Origin: Candidatus Nanopelagicales bacterium
GTDB taxonomy: Bacteria; Actinomycetota; Actinomycetes; S36-B12
Reading direction: 5' to 3'
NCBI GenBank assembly: GCA_017857175.1
Contig: JAFMDS010000004.1
Location: 1,588-65,587 of the forward strand
DNA: 64,000 nucleotides
The position numbers and the translations under genes are program-made. How positions within the stretch are numbered: position 1 is the first letter of the stretch; every line of letters begins with the position of its first letter. Shown here piece after piece: positions 20,035 to 29,212 of the stretch. The notes under the pieces were generated by a model. That model was not told the origin of the DNA, ran no database searches, and was given only the letters and a program-made list of their open reading frames with translations.

Positions 20035-21051
20035 ATGGCGATCACCATTAGAGATGTAGCAGAAGCAGCAGGTGTGTCCACTGCCACTGTCTCCCGTGCA
20101 TTACGTGGCCTGCCCAATGTTGATCAACAGACTCGGGAACGAGTCAAAAGCATTGCTCTCGAAATGGACTACGTCATTTCACCGAGTGCTTCGCGCCTAG
20201 CATCTGGTCGCACAGGAAGTATGGCCGTGATCACTCCGTACATTTCACGGTGGTTCTTCTCTGAAGTCATTGCTGGGGCGGAATCAGTTCTGCAAAAAGC
20301 TGGTATTGATCTGTTGCTCATTAACGTAGGGGACTATCAAAATGGTCATGCTCGGATCCCGCCGACGCCGCGACTAAAGCGGCGCGTTGATGGAATCCTG
20401 ATTGTTGCCCTGCCCCCACAAGATCCAGACCTTGAACCGATTCTGAAATTGGACATGCCCTCGGCAATGATTGGTGGCATCGCCCCCGGGGTTGATTGCG
20501 TTGCCATCAATGATGCACAAGTGGCACGGTCGGCAACGGAACACTTGGCCGATCTAGGACATATTCGCATTGGTCTGATTGCGGGTGGGCCGGCCGAAGC
20601 ACGATTCACAGCGGAATCGGAGCGCGAGCGGGGATTTCGTGCGGTGATGAATGAACGTGGGTTGCCTCAGGATCCCATGTTGGAGGTGTTCGGCCGTTTC
20701 ACCATTGACGGTGGTGAAAAGGCTATGGACGCACTACTCAACCAACCGAATCCCCCCACAGCAGTTTTCGCCATGAGTGATGAAATGGCATTTGGCGCAT
20801 TGCGTTCGGCGATTTCCCACGGGCTGGTTCCAGGCCGCGATATTTCCATCATCGGAATTGATAACCATCCCATGTCGGAGTACCTGAATTTATCAACGGT
20901 TGCACAGCCTGTTAGTGAGCTTGGCATAAGAGCAGCAGAACGGCTGCTGGCTCAAATGGCCATGACCCCAAATTTCCATGCTGATGCCGTGGTGACTGAA
21001 CTTCCAACCCGATTGATCGTGCGCGGATCAACGGGCACGATTAATTCCTAG
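20035..21051 (+). CDS. LacI family transcriptional regulator
   Basis: The ATG at 20035 is preceded by GGAGAGGAGG. HTH sequence ITIRDVAEAAGVSTATVSRAL plus a periplasmic-binding-fold core. Confidence 0.92.
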   Translation: MAITIRDVAEAAGVSTATVSRALRGLPNVDQQTRERVKSIALEMDYVISPSASRLASGRTGSMAVITPYISRWFFSEVIAGAESVLQKAGIDLLLINVGDYQNGHARIPPTPRLKRRVDGILIVALPPQDPDLEPILKLDMPSAMIGGIAPGVDCVAINDAQVARSATEHLADLGHIRIGLIAGGPAEARFTAESERERGFRAVMNERGLPQDPMLEVFGRFTIDGGEKAMDALLNQPNPPTAVFAMSDEMAFGALRSAISHGLVPGRDISIIGIDNHPMSEYLNLSTVAQPVSELGIRAAERLLAQMAMTPNFHADAVVTELPTRLIVRGSTGTINS

Positions 21052-21063
21052 GGAGCACTTTTT

Positions 21064-22713
21064 ATGGGTATTGATCAACGGACACAGTCTGACCATCACA
21101 TTTGGTGGCATAACGCCGCCGTTTATCAGGTGTACCCGCGTTCGTTTTTTGACGGCAATGGCGATGCTTTAGGTGACCTAGTGGGTGTGCAAAACAAGCT
21201 TCCTTACTTGGCTGCTCTCGGTGTAGACGCTATTTGGCTCTCCCCGTTTTACCCCAGCCCACAGCATGATTCCGGCTATGACGTTGCGGATCCTCGAGGG
21301 GTTGACCCCATGTATGGAACATTGCAGGATGCACAATCACTCATCAATGCCGCCCATGACCATGGATTGAGAATCATGGTTGATTTGGTTCCTAATCACG
21401 TTTCCCAGGATCACCCGTGGTTTCAAGCCGCACTAGCGGCTGGGCCCGGTTCACCAGAGCGGGCTCGATTCCATTTTCTGGACACACATAGCGATGAACC
21501 GCCCAATAACTGGGTGAGTCTATTTGGCGGACCGGCTTGGACCAGAACGACAAATCCCGACGGGACACCGGGCCAGTGGTACCTCCACGTTTTTGATTCA
21601 AGTCAGCCCGATGTGAATTGGACAAATCCTGACGTAGCGGAGGACTGGATACGAACTCTGAGATTTTGGCTGGACATGGGTGTTGATGGATTCCGTGTTG
21701 ATGTGGCACATGGTTTGGTAAAAGACATGAACTACTCGGATCTCCCGGATCCAGTCGGTTTAACCGAGGCACTTCGGTTTGATCTTGACGATGGCTCACC
21801 CGAGATGGCAGCCAAACGGCTCTTAATTGAAAACTCGGGGTTCTTCGATCGTGATGAGTTGCAGGATATTTATGCAACGTGGCGTGCAGTTCTGGATGAA
21901 TATGCAGGCGATCGAATGGCGGTCAGTGAAGCATGGGTGCCTCCTCACAGGGCTAGTCGCTATGTCTCACCAACATCACTTCACCAAATTTTTGGATTCG
22001 ATTTCTTGGTGGTCGCTTGGGATGCAGAAATCATGCAGGGGACGATCCTCAAAGCCATGTCTGCCGTTGCTGATGTCAATGCACCGCCCACGTGGGCCCT
22101 TTCGAATCACGATTCACCTCGAGTGGTCACCCGCCTCGGGGGCGGGGAAGTGGGCCAGGCACGAGCACGGGCCCTCGCTGTCGTTGCCCATGCCCTGCCC
22201 GGGGCTATGTACGTATTCCAAGGCGAAGAACTGGGCCTGGCCGATGCTGACCTGCCAGATTCGGCCAGGCAGGATCCGGTGTTTTCCCGAACAAAGGGCG
22301 CGCAGAAGGGTCGCGATGGGGCACGAGTTCCACTGCCGTGGTCCGGTGCTGCGCCGCCATACGGCTTTACCGAGTCCACGACTAACACCTGGTTACCACA
22401 ACCTGATGATTGGGCGCAGGTGACGGTGGAAGCAGAACTGAGTGACCCCCGCAGCATTCTCAACCTTTATCGAACGACATTGCATGAGCGTCGTGCCGTG
22501 ACGGGACCCGTGACATTCGTGGATTCTGGCAGCGAGAACGTCATGATTTTTTCCCGCGACTCTGGTTTTCATGTCGCCGTTAACACGGGATCGACACCGT
22601 GGGATATCGGAGCGATGTTTCCAAATTGCAGCGTCATGGTCAGTAGCGACATGCAAGTGGGTGGCAAGGAAGAATCCCTACCACCCAATTGCGCAGTTTG
22701 GTTTATCGCGTGA
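21064..22713 (+). CDS. aglA: GH13 alpha-glucosidase (oligo-1,6-glucosidase / AglA-like)
   Basis: 549 aa. Motifs WWHNAAVYQVYPRSFFDGNGDALGD, DLVPNH, GFRVDVAHG and SNHDSPR. Confidence 0.9.
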   Translation: MGIDQRTQSDHHIWWHNAAVYQVYPRSFFDGNGDALGDLVGVQNKLPYLAALGVDAIWLSPFYPSPQHDSGYDVADPRGVDPMYGTLQDAQSLINAAHDHGLRIMVDLVPNHVSQDHPWFQAALAAGPGSPERARFHFLDTHSDEPPNNWVSLFGGPAWTRTTNPDGTPGQWYLHVFDSSQPDVNWTNPDVAEDWIRTLRFWLDMGVDGFRVDVAHGLVKDMNYSDLPDPVGLTEALRFDLDDGSPEMAAKRLLIENSGFFDRDELQDIYATWRAVLDEYAGDRMAVSEAWVPPHRASRYVSPTSLHQIFGFDFLVVAWDAEIMQGTILKAMSAVADVNAPPTWALSNHDSPRVVTRLGGGEVGQARARALAVVAHALPGAMYVFQGEELGLADADLPDSARQDPVFSRTKGAQKGRDGARVPLPWSGAAPPYGFTESTTNTWLPQPDDWAQVTVEAELSDPRSILNLYRTTLHERRAVTGPVTFVDSGSENVMIFSRDSGFHVAVNTGSTPWDIGAMFPNCSVMVSSDMQVGGKEESLPPNCAVWFIA

Positions 22714-22716
22714 CGG

Positions 22717-23784
22717 CTAAGAAATTCGCTCCTGATTTCCTTCGGAGTTGAACACGTAAATTTTTTCAGGATGAACACTGACGCTAGAACCCATGCGTGG
22801 TGACTGGAATCCGCGTGAACGTGCAACAAGGTCATTCACACCATCGGGGGTTGTGCCATAAACGAATGTGTCAGCACCCAGCTCTTCAACGAGGGTAACC
22901 TCCATGGTGGCACCACTGTCAGCGAGTTGCAGATCCTCGGGACGCACACCAACAAGAACATTCTCCCCTTGTGCTCTAGCCAGAACATCGCGTTCAATTG
23001 GAATAACTGTGCCACCAAATTCTGCACCACCTTCAACCTTGCGTGCCGTGATCATGTTCATACTCGGCGAACCAATAAAGGTTGCAACGAAAGCATTTGC
23101 TGGCGAATCATAAAGTGCACGAGGTGTGTCAACCTGTTGCAAAATACCGTCCTTGAGCACGGCAACGCGATCACCCATGGTCATGGCTTCCACTTGGTCG
23201 TGCGTGACGTAAACAGTTGTTGTTCCTAGGCGGCGTTGTAACGCTGCGATTTGGGTCCGGGTTTGCACACGAAGTTTCGCATCGAGGTTTGACAGGGGTT
23301 CATCCATAAGAAAAACTTGTGGTTCGCGAACAATTGCGCGACCCATTGCTACACGCTGGCGCTGTCCACCGGATAGTGCTTTTGGTTTTCTGTCGAGGTA
23401 CTCGGTGAGATCAAGCAGAGCTGCTGCCTCCTTGACTCGGCGCTCAATGTCGTCCTTGGACACCTTTTGAATTTTCAGAGCGAATGCCATGTTCTCCGCC
23501 ACCGACATGTGTGGATATAGCGCGTAGTTCTGGAACACCATCGCAATATCGCGATCCTTCGCAGCGAGATTGGTGACATCGCGATCGCCGATATACAGGG
23601 TGCCATCGGAAATTGGTTCAAGACCCGCGAGCATGCGCAGACTTGTTGACTTGCCACAGCCCGAAGGGCCCACGAGGACGAGAAACTCGCCCTTTTCAAT
23701 CGTGAGGTTCAGGTGGCTCACGGCGGGCTTATCGCCGCCGGGGTAGAGCAGGGATACATCATCAAAACGCACTGATTCAGTCAT
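22717..23784 (-). CDS. msiK: Sugar ABC transporter ATP-binding protein (MsiK/UgpC/MalK type)
   Basis: 355 aa from the ATG at 23784 (SD GAGAGG). Walker A GPSGCGKST, signature LSGGQRQRV, C-terminal TOBE-like domain. The ORF-track 5' extension was rejected. Confidence 0.92.
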   Translation of the reverse strand: MTESVRFDDVSLLYPGGDKPAVSHLNLTIEKGEFLVLVGPSGCGKSTSLRMLAGLEPISDGTLYIGDRDVTNLAAKDRDIAMVFQNYALYPHMSVAENMAFALKIQKVSKDDIERRVKEAAALLDLTEYLDRKPKALSGGQRQRVAMGRAIVREPQVFLMDEPLSNLDAKLRVQTRTQIAALQRRLGTTTVYVTHDQVEAMTMGDRVAVLKDGILQQVDTPRALYDSPANAFVATFIGSPSMNMITARKVEGGAEFGGTVIPIERDVLARAQGENVLVGVRPEDLQLADSGATMEVTLVEELGADTFVYGTTPDGVNDLVARSRGFQSPRMGSSVSVHPEKIYVFNSEGNQERIS

Positions 23785-24008
23785 TGTCGTGCCTCTCACC
23801 GGCAGGAACGTGCCGGACGATCCGAGTAGGAGGTTGCTCCGAGCAATGGATTCACTCGAATTTTCTATGAATTTGTGGGATAACTCTAACCGCGTGGCAC
23901 CAATTCTCCAAGGGAATGCACAATCTACTCGTGATATCAAATTGTTAATCGTTACATGGCTCTGTTACATAGATTTGACTTGCATTTGTGGGGGCTTCTG
24001 AGGGACGA

Positions 24009-24022
24009 TGGAAGCGTTTACT
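24009..24022. promoter_or_regulatory. Candidate LacI-family operator in the msiK / ABC-operon divergent region
   Basis: TGGAAGCGTTTACT. The core AAGCGTTT is 6/8 self-complementary. A weaker look-alike, TGTTAATCGTTACA, sits at 23943-23956. Confidence 0.35.
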
Positions 24023-24127
24023 TTCGCGGGGGATTCATCCCAAGTGGACCCACCAGGATTATGTGATCGTGAACCGAAAACCCGAGTTGGGGACCTCCCT
24101 CGACTTCGTGCTCAACAAGGAGAATCC

Positions 24128-25549
24128 ATGACCGCATTGAAGCGGCGCCGTGGAGCAGCAGTTCTCGCCGGCGGTGTAGCAGCAGTGATGTTGCTCGCAG
24201 CCTGCTCGAGCGATAGCTCTACAGAAGACAGCGCGACCGAAGACACAGCAAGCGCCAGTGAAGAAGAAACAATGACCGACGAAGGCACGGACGTTGCAGC
24301 TGGTTGCGAAGCATACGCACCATACATGGGCAACGAAGGTGCATCAGTCAGCATCTTTACCTCAATCCTGCCTCCGGAGCAGGGTCTATTCGAACAATCG
24401 TGGAGCGAGTTCGAGTCCTGCACGGGCATCGACATCGTCTACGAAGGAAGCGATCAGTTCGAAGCACAGCTTCCAACCCGTATCGCTGGCGGAAACGCAC
24501 CAGACATCGCATTCATCCCACAGCCAGGTTTGCTTGCCAAGCTTGTTGCTGATGGTGGACCAGTTCCTGCATCAGAAGGCACCGTTGCCAACGTTGATCA
24601 GTACTGGAACGCAGCATGGAAGAGCTATGGCACTGTCGATGGCACTTTCTACGCAGCCCCACTTGGTTCCAACATGAAGTCCTTCGTGTGGTACTCACCA
24701 AAGACATTCGCAGCCAATGGCTACACCGTCCCAACAACTTGGGATGAACTGTGGGCACTCTCCGACCAGATGGTCGCCGATGGCGTTAAGCCATGGTGTG
24801 GTGGCATCGAGTCCGGTGGCGCAACAGGTTGGGCAGCAACAGACTGGCTCGAGCAGATCATGCTTCGCATGTACGGTGGCGAGGTCTACGACAAGTGGGT
24901 CAACCACGAAATCCTGTTCGATTCACCTGAGGTCACCGCAGCTATGGACGTCCTCGCAGGTTGGATGAAGAACCCTGACTACGTCAACGGTGGCTTCGGC
25001 AACGTCCAGACAATCGCGACAACAGCATTCCAGGATGCTGGTGGCCCGATTCTCGCTGGCGAGTGCGGCATGCTTCAGCAGGCTAGCTTCTACGCAAACT
25101 TCTGGGGCAACTTCCAAGAAGGAGCAACAGTTGGTGTCGATGGCGATGCATACGCCTTCTACCTCCCCGCAATGGATGACGCAGTTGCTCCGCAGCCCGT
25201 CGTCGGTGGTGGCGAGTTCGTAGCAGCGTTCGCTGATCGTCCAGAGGTTGCTGCAGTGCAGACCTACCTCGCATCACCTGAGTTCGCAACCAGCAAGGCA
25301 TCCCTCGGTACCTGGGTCTCCGCAAACAGCGGTGTCCCATTGGATACCTATGCAGAAGGCTCAATTGATCAGCTCTCGGCTCAGTACTTGACCGACCTGA
25401 CCGGAACCTTCCGTTTCGATGCATCTGACCTGATGCCAGCAGCAGTTGGTGCAGGTGCAGAGTGGACCGAAATGACTGCATGGTTCGCCGAGGACAAGCC
25501 AACGGCTGAAGTACTCAAGGCAATTGATGCTGCTTGGCCTGCTTCCTAA
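24128..25549 (+). CDS. CUT1-family sugar ABC transporter substrate-binding lipoprotein (alpha-glucoside AglE-like)
   Basis: ATG at 24128 with SD AAGGAG. Signal peptide plus lipobox MTALKRRRGAAVLAGGVAAVMLLAACSS. Family-1 solute-binding features. Confidence 0.88.
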   Translation: MTALKRRRGAAVLAGGVAAVMLLAACSSDSSTEDSATEDTASASEEETMTDEGTDVAAGCEAYAPYMGNEGASVSIFTSILPPEQGLFEQSWSEFESCTGIDIVYEGSDQFEAQLPTRIAGGNAPDIAFIPQPGLLAKLVADGGPVPASEGTVANVDQYWNAAWKSYGTVDGTFYAAPLGSNMKSFVWYSPKTFAANGYTVPTTWDELWALSDQMVADGVKPWCGGIESGGATGWAATDWLEQIMLRMYGGEVYDKWVNHEILFDSPEVTAAMDVLAGWMKNPDYVNGGFGNVQTIATTAFQDAGGPILAGECGMLQQASFYANFWGNFQEGATVGVDGDAYAFYLPAMDDAVAPQPVVGGGEFVAAFADRPEVAAVQTYLASPEFATSKASLGTWVSANSGVPLDTYAEGSIDQLSAQYLTDLTGTFRFDASDLMPAAVGAGAEWTEMTAWFAEDKPTAEVLKAIDAAWPAS

Positions 25550-25585
25550 TTAGGGCGGATCAACTAACTCAATAAAAAGTTAAAC

Positions 25586-25644
25586 AATTGAAACTGCCGG
25601 AGTGACTTAGCAATTTGCTAATAAGCGCTCCGGCAGTTTCAATT
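25586..25644 (+). other. Long intercistronic stem-loop between the binding-protein and permease genes
   Basis: 17-bp perfect stem AATTGAAACTGCCGGAG / CTCCGGCAGTTTCAATT (25586-25602 and 25628-25644). An inner 6-bp stem TTAGCA/TGCTAA is present. No T-tract follows. Confidence 0.7.
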
Positions 25645-25690
25645 TCTGAAACAATTCGCAGGTTGTTGTGAATACAAAGAAGGGATTGTC

Positions 25691-26665
25691 GTGGAAGAAG
25701 TCCTCAACGGATTACCCAAGCTTGGTAGCGCCGCAACCGCTATCGGTTTGTTCCTGGCCGTCCTGTTAATTTTGTTCTTCATCGGTGCTCGCTTCCGCGG
25801 ACGACTGCAAGGCCCCGTTGCGATTCTAGTTTTCCTTGGACCGGCACTCATCTTGGTGACCATGGGTTTAATCGTCCCCGCATTCAGAACTATTTATGGC
25901 AGCACACTTGATGCGAACCAAGAAGAGTTCGTTGGTTTAGACAACTATGCGTGGATTTTTGACACGCAACAAGGTGTTCTTGTAAACACGATTCTCTGGA
26001 TAGTGATTGCCCCTATTGCATCTACCGCACTCGGGCTCACCCTTGCGTTACTCCTTGACCGCATGCGCAGAGAGTCCGTTGCCAAAAGTTTGATCTTCAT
26101 GCCCATGGCAATCTCATTCGTGGGTGCCAGCATTATCTGGGGGCTCATGTACGAGTACCGGGATCCCGCCAAAGAACAGGTTGGTTTGCTCAGCCAGGTT
26201 GTTATGTGGTTGGGAGTCGACGATCCCCCCAACTGGATTTTGTGGCAACCTTTTAACAACTACTTACTCATGGTCATCATGGTCTGGATCCAGGTTGGTT
26301 TTGCCATGGTCGTTCTTTCTGCTGCAATCAAGAACATTCCCGCTGACGTTGTTGAGGCTGCCGAACTTGACGGCGCGGTGGGATGGAAACTTTTCAGCCG
26401 CGTCACAATCCCCATGATTCGAGCGACTTTGATCGTTGTTCTCACCACAATCATGATCGCGGTTCTCAAGATCTTTGACATTGTTCGAACCATGACCAAC
26501 GGAAACTTTGGCACGCAGGTGGTCGCTAACGAGATGTACGCCCAATCATTTGTCCAGTTCAATCAAGGTCATGGAAATGCCTTAGCGGTTGTCCTGTTCA
26601 TCGGGGTGGTGCCGTTGATCATCTACAACGTGGTTCAACTGCGAAAGGAGCGTGCAATCCGATGA
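25691..26665 (+). CDS. Sugar ABC transporter permease (MalF/AglF-like)
   Basis: 324 aa, multi-pass membrane protein with an EAA-loop region (EAAELDGAVGWKLFSRVTIP). GTG start. Confidence 0.9.
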   Translation: MEEVLNGLPKLGSAATAIGLFLAVLLILFFIGARFRGRLQGPVAILVFLGPALILVTMGLIVPAFRTIYGSTLDANQEEFVGLDNYAWIFDTQQGVLVNTILWIVIAPIASTALGLTLALLLDRMRRESVAKSLIFMPMAISFVGASIIWGLMYEYRDPAKEQVGLLSQVVMWLGVDDPPNWILWQPFNNYLLMVIMVWIQVGFAMVVLSAAIKNIPADVVEAAELDGAVGWKLFSRVTIPMIRATLIVVLTTIMIAVLKIFDIVRTMTNGNFGTQVVANEMYAQSFVQFNQGHGNALAVVLFIGVVPLIIYNVVQLRKERAIR

Positions 26666-27645
26666 GCGTTGAAGCCCCGGAGTTTGTCATCCTTCCAGAA
26701 CCCGAAGAAGGCAAAGGCAGCGTCACTGAAGCTGCCCGTCGCAAGTTGAGTAGCCCGTGGGCTGTTCTCGTTGTAGTGATCATCACAGTGCTGTGGACCA
26801 TTCCAACGGTTGGTTTGCTCATCACGTCATTCCGCCCGGCGGCAGATGCGCAGAACACAGGATGGTGGACCTTCTTCCGTAACCCTGCGGTCACGTTTTC
26901 CAACTACGCAGAAGTAATCACTGGCGGGAGCAACGCGGCCATTGGTATTACGCCGTATTTCTTCAACTCGTTTGCCATTGCAATCCCGGCGGCAATTTTT
27001 CCACTGGTTCTTGCCAGCATGGCCGCCTACGCCATCGCCTGGGTGCCGTTTAAGGGATCAACACTTATTTTCTTCGGCATCTTTGCTCTGCAGGTCGTTC
27101 CTTTGCAGATGGCCCTCTTGCCGTTACTGCAGATGTTCAACCTTGGGTGGAGCATCGGAGACATTCCCATCTTCCCCGATCTGAACAAGCCAGGATCCAA
27201 TCAGTCGCTGTTGGCTGGCACGTATATCCCACTCTGGATTGCGCACACCATGTTTGCTTTACCACTGGCCATATTCTTGCTACATAACTTCATGGCACAA
27301 CTTCCTCGTGATCTCATGGAAGCTGCACGTGTTGATGGTGCAGGACATTTCCTGATCTTCCGCAAAATCGTTCTTCCGCTTTCCGTGCCGGCTATCGCGT
27401 CTTTTGCGATCTTCCAATTCCTGTGGGTGTGGAACGACCTTCTTGTGGCCATCACCTTCGCGGGTGGTACTCCCAACGTCGCACCTGTGACGAGTTATTT
27501 GGCCAACCTCAAAGGCACCTATGGTGCGCAATTGCACCTGACAACTGCGGGTGCATTTATCGCCATCATTGTTCCGTTGATTGTCTTCTTCTCTCTGCAA
27601 AGATTCTTTGTCCGAGGGCTTCTTGCCGGTTCTGTCAAGGGCTAA
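26662..27645 (+). CDS. Sugar ABC transporter permease (MalG/AglG-like)
   Basis: 327 aa. EAA loop (EAARVDGAGHFLIFRKIVLP). ATGA overlap with the upstream permease gene. Confidence 0.9.
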   Translation: MSVEAPEFVILPEPEEGKGSVTEAARRKLSSPWAVLVVVIITVLWTIPTVGLLITSFRPAADAQNTGWWTFFRNPAVTFSNYAEVITGGSNAAIGITPYFFNSFAIAIPAAIFPLVLASMAAYAIAWVPFKGSTLIFFGIFALQVVPLQMALLPLLQMFNLGWSIGDIPIFPDLNKPGSNQSLLAGTYIPLWIAHTMFALPLAIFLLHNFMAQLPRDLMEAARVDGAGHFLIFRKIVLPLSVPAIASFAIFQFLWVWNDLLVAITFAGGTPNVAPVTSYLANLKGTYGAQLHLTTAGAFIAIIVPLIVFFSLQRFFVRGLLAGSVKG

Positions 27646-27667
27646 TTTCAATGGGTAACGTTGCGCC

Positions 27668-29020
27668 ATGACATCCCATGCGCGCAGTTTTGACGGACTA
27701 GACATTCCAGCCGATTTTGAGCTCGGTGTCGCAACATCGTCGTGGCAAATAGAGGGCGATGTTGCCGGTCGTGGTTCGTGTAACTGGGATGAATTCAGTG
27801 CGATTCCAGGCAAAATTATCGATGGCGCTACAGGAGAGCCGGCCTGTGATCATGTCCATCGACTGGAAGAAGACCTTGACCTCTTGGCATGGCTCGGTGT
27901 TGACACCTATCGGTTCTCCATCAGTTGGGCTCGGGTTATTCCCGGTGGAGTAGGTGAGCTGTCCCAATCCGGGCTTGACTTTTACGACAGGCTTGTTAAC
28001 GGGCTGATCAAGCGGGGAATCAAACCAGTTCCAACGTTGTTTCACTGGGACACTCCGTCCGAGTTAGAGCACAAAGGTGGTTGGTCCAACAGGCAAACGG
28101 CATATGACTTTGCGCAATATGCTCGCGCGATGGCGAATCACTTTGGTGATCGCATTGATCAGTGGGCAACACTCAATGAGCCATGGTGTTCAGCATTCCT
28201 TGGCTACTGCGCTGGCTATTTCGCACCGGGTCGAACTGAGGAGGGCGTGTCGCTTGAAGCGGCTTACAACCTAATCCTTGGCCACGGCCTCGCTGTGAAT
28301 GCAATGCGTGAAGTGGGGGCGACAAACATCGGGATTGTTCTCAACATCATTCCGTGCGTTGCAGACACTTCAGACATGGAAGCGCAAACTCGCCATATCG
28401 ATGGAATGCAAAACAGAATTTTTCTCGACCTGTTAGCTGGCAATGGTGTTGGTGCCGAAATTCGCCAGTCCTGCTCATCGATAACAAATTGGGCATTCGT
28501 TCGCGATGAAGACAATGCTGTTCTCAGCACGCCGCTCGATTGGGTGGGGGAGAATTACTACACAATTAATCGCATTGCAGCCGCAGGTGCAAGTGACATT
28601 GTTGCCATTGGTCAGGACACCAGCATGTTTCCAGCCTGCCCTCCGGTGAGCTTCAAGCCTCGCGGTGAGTTGACCGACATGGGCTGGGAAATAGTGCCCG
28701 AGGGCCTGCTCATGGCGCTGCAGCAAATTGCGCAAGCTCTACCAGGTGTGCCCATCTGGGTCTGTGAAAACGGCATGGCAGCTCCAGATGACCTTGACGA
28801 CCAGGGTCGAATCGCCTACCTCAGGTCGCATATTGCTCAAGCAGTTGCCGCCCGCGATCATGGCATCGATATTCGGGGGTACTTTGCATGGAGCCTGATG
28901 GACAACCTGGAATGGGCATCTGGTTGGACCAAAAAGTTTGGAATGGTCAGGGTCAACCCTGAAACGGGTGAGCGCACCCCCAAAGCCAGTGCGCATTGGT
29001 ACAAAGAACTCTTGGCCTAG
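27668..29020 (+). CDS. GH1 beta-glucosidase
   Basis: 450 aa. Acid/base motif TLNEPW and nucleophile motif VCENG. Confidence 0.92.
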   Translation: MTSHARSFDGLDIPADFELGVATSSWQIEGDVAGRGSCNWDEFSAIPGKIIDGATGEPACDHVHRLEEDLDLLAWLGVDTYRFSISWARVIPGGVGELSQSGLDFYDRLVNGLIKRGIKPVPTLFHWDTPSELEHKGGWSNRQTAYDFAQYARAMANHFGDRIDQWATLNEPWCSAFLGYCAGYFAPGRTEEGVSLEAAYNLILGHGLAVNAMREVGATNIGIVLNIIPCVADTSDMEAQTRHIDGMQNRIFLDLLAGNGVGAEIRQSCSSITNWAFVRDEDNAVLSTPLDWVGENYYTINRIAAAGASDIVAIGQDTSMFPACPPVSFKPRGELTDMGWEIVPEGLLMALQQIAQALPGVPIWVCENGMAAPDDLDDQGRIAYLRSHIAQAVAARDHGIDIRGYFAWSLMDNLEWASGWTKKFGMVRVNPETGERTPKASAHWYKELLA

Positions 29021-29082
29021 CGGGGCGTAGAGCCTGAGGGGTCCTTTGTAGGGTTAGCAGGCGCAGCGCACTGGTTTACATG

Positions 29083-29159
29083 GTCCCCGTAGTCCAACCG
29101 GTAGAGACACCCGGCTTAAACCCGGCACAGTATGGGTTCGAATCCCATCGGGGACACCA
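29083..29159 (+). tRNA. Atypical tRNA: class-I cloverleaf with anticodon TAA (Leu) and encoded CCA
   Basis: Manual fold: acceptor GTCCCCG/CGGGGAC; D-arm GTCC-AACCGGTAG-AGAC; anticodon arm CCCGG-CTTAAAC-CCGGC (4 bp plus a C:C mismatch); 5-nt variable loop ACAGT; T-arm ATGGG-TTCGAAT-CCCAT; A73; CCA. The isotype call is uncertain (see findings). Confidence 0.7.
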
Positions 29160-29212
29160 TGACAACAATATTAAAATTTACGTTATCAGTTTTTTCTTGA
29201 TAAATTGAAGCC

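Noticed and set aside
23789-24001. 70-aa plus-strand ORF inside the msiK / ABC divergent region.
   Set aside because: No SD or -10-N6 start context. The sequence is Cys/Trp-containing and low in complexity. It overlaps likely promoter and operator DNA.
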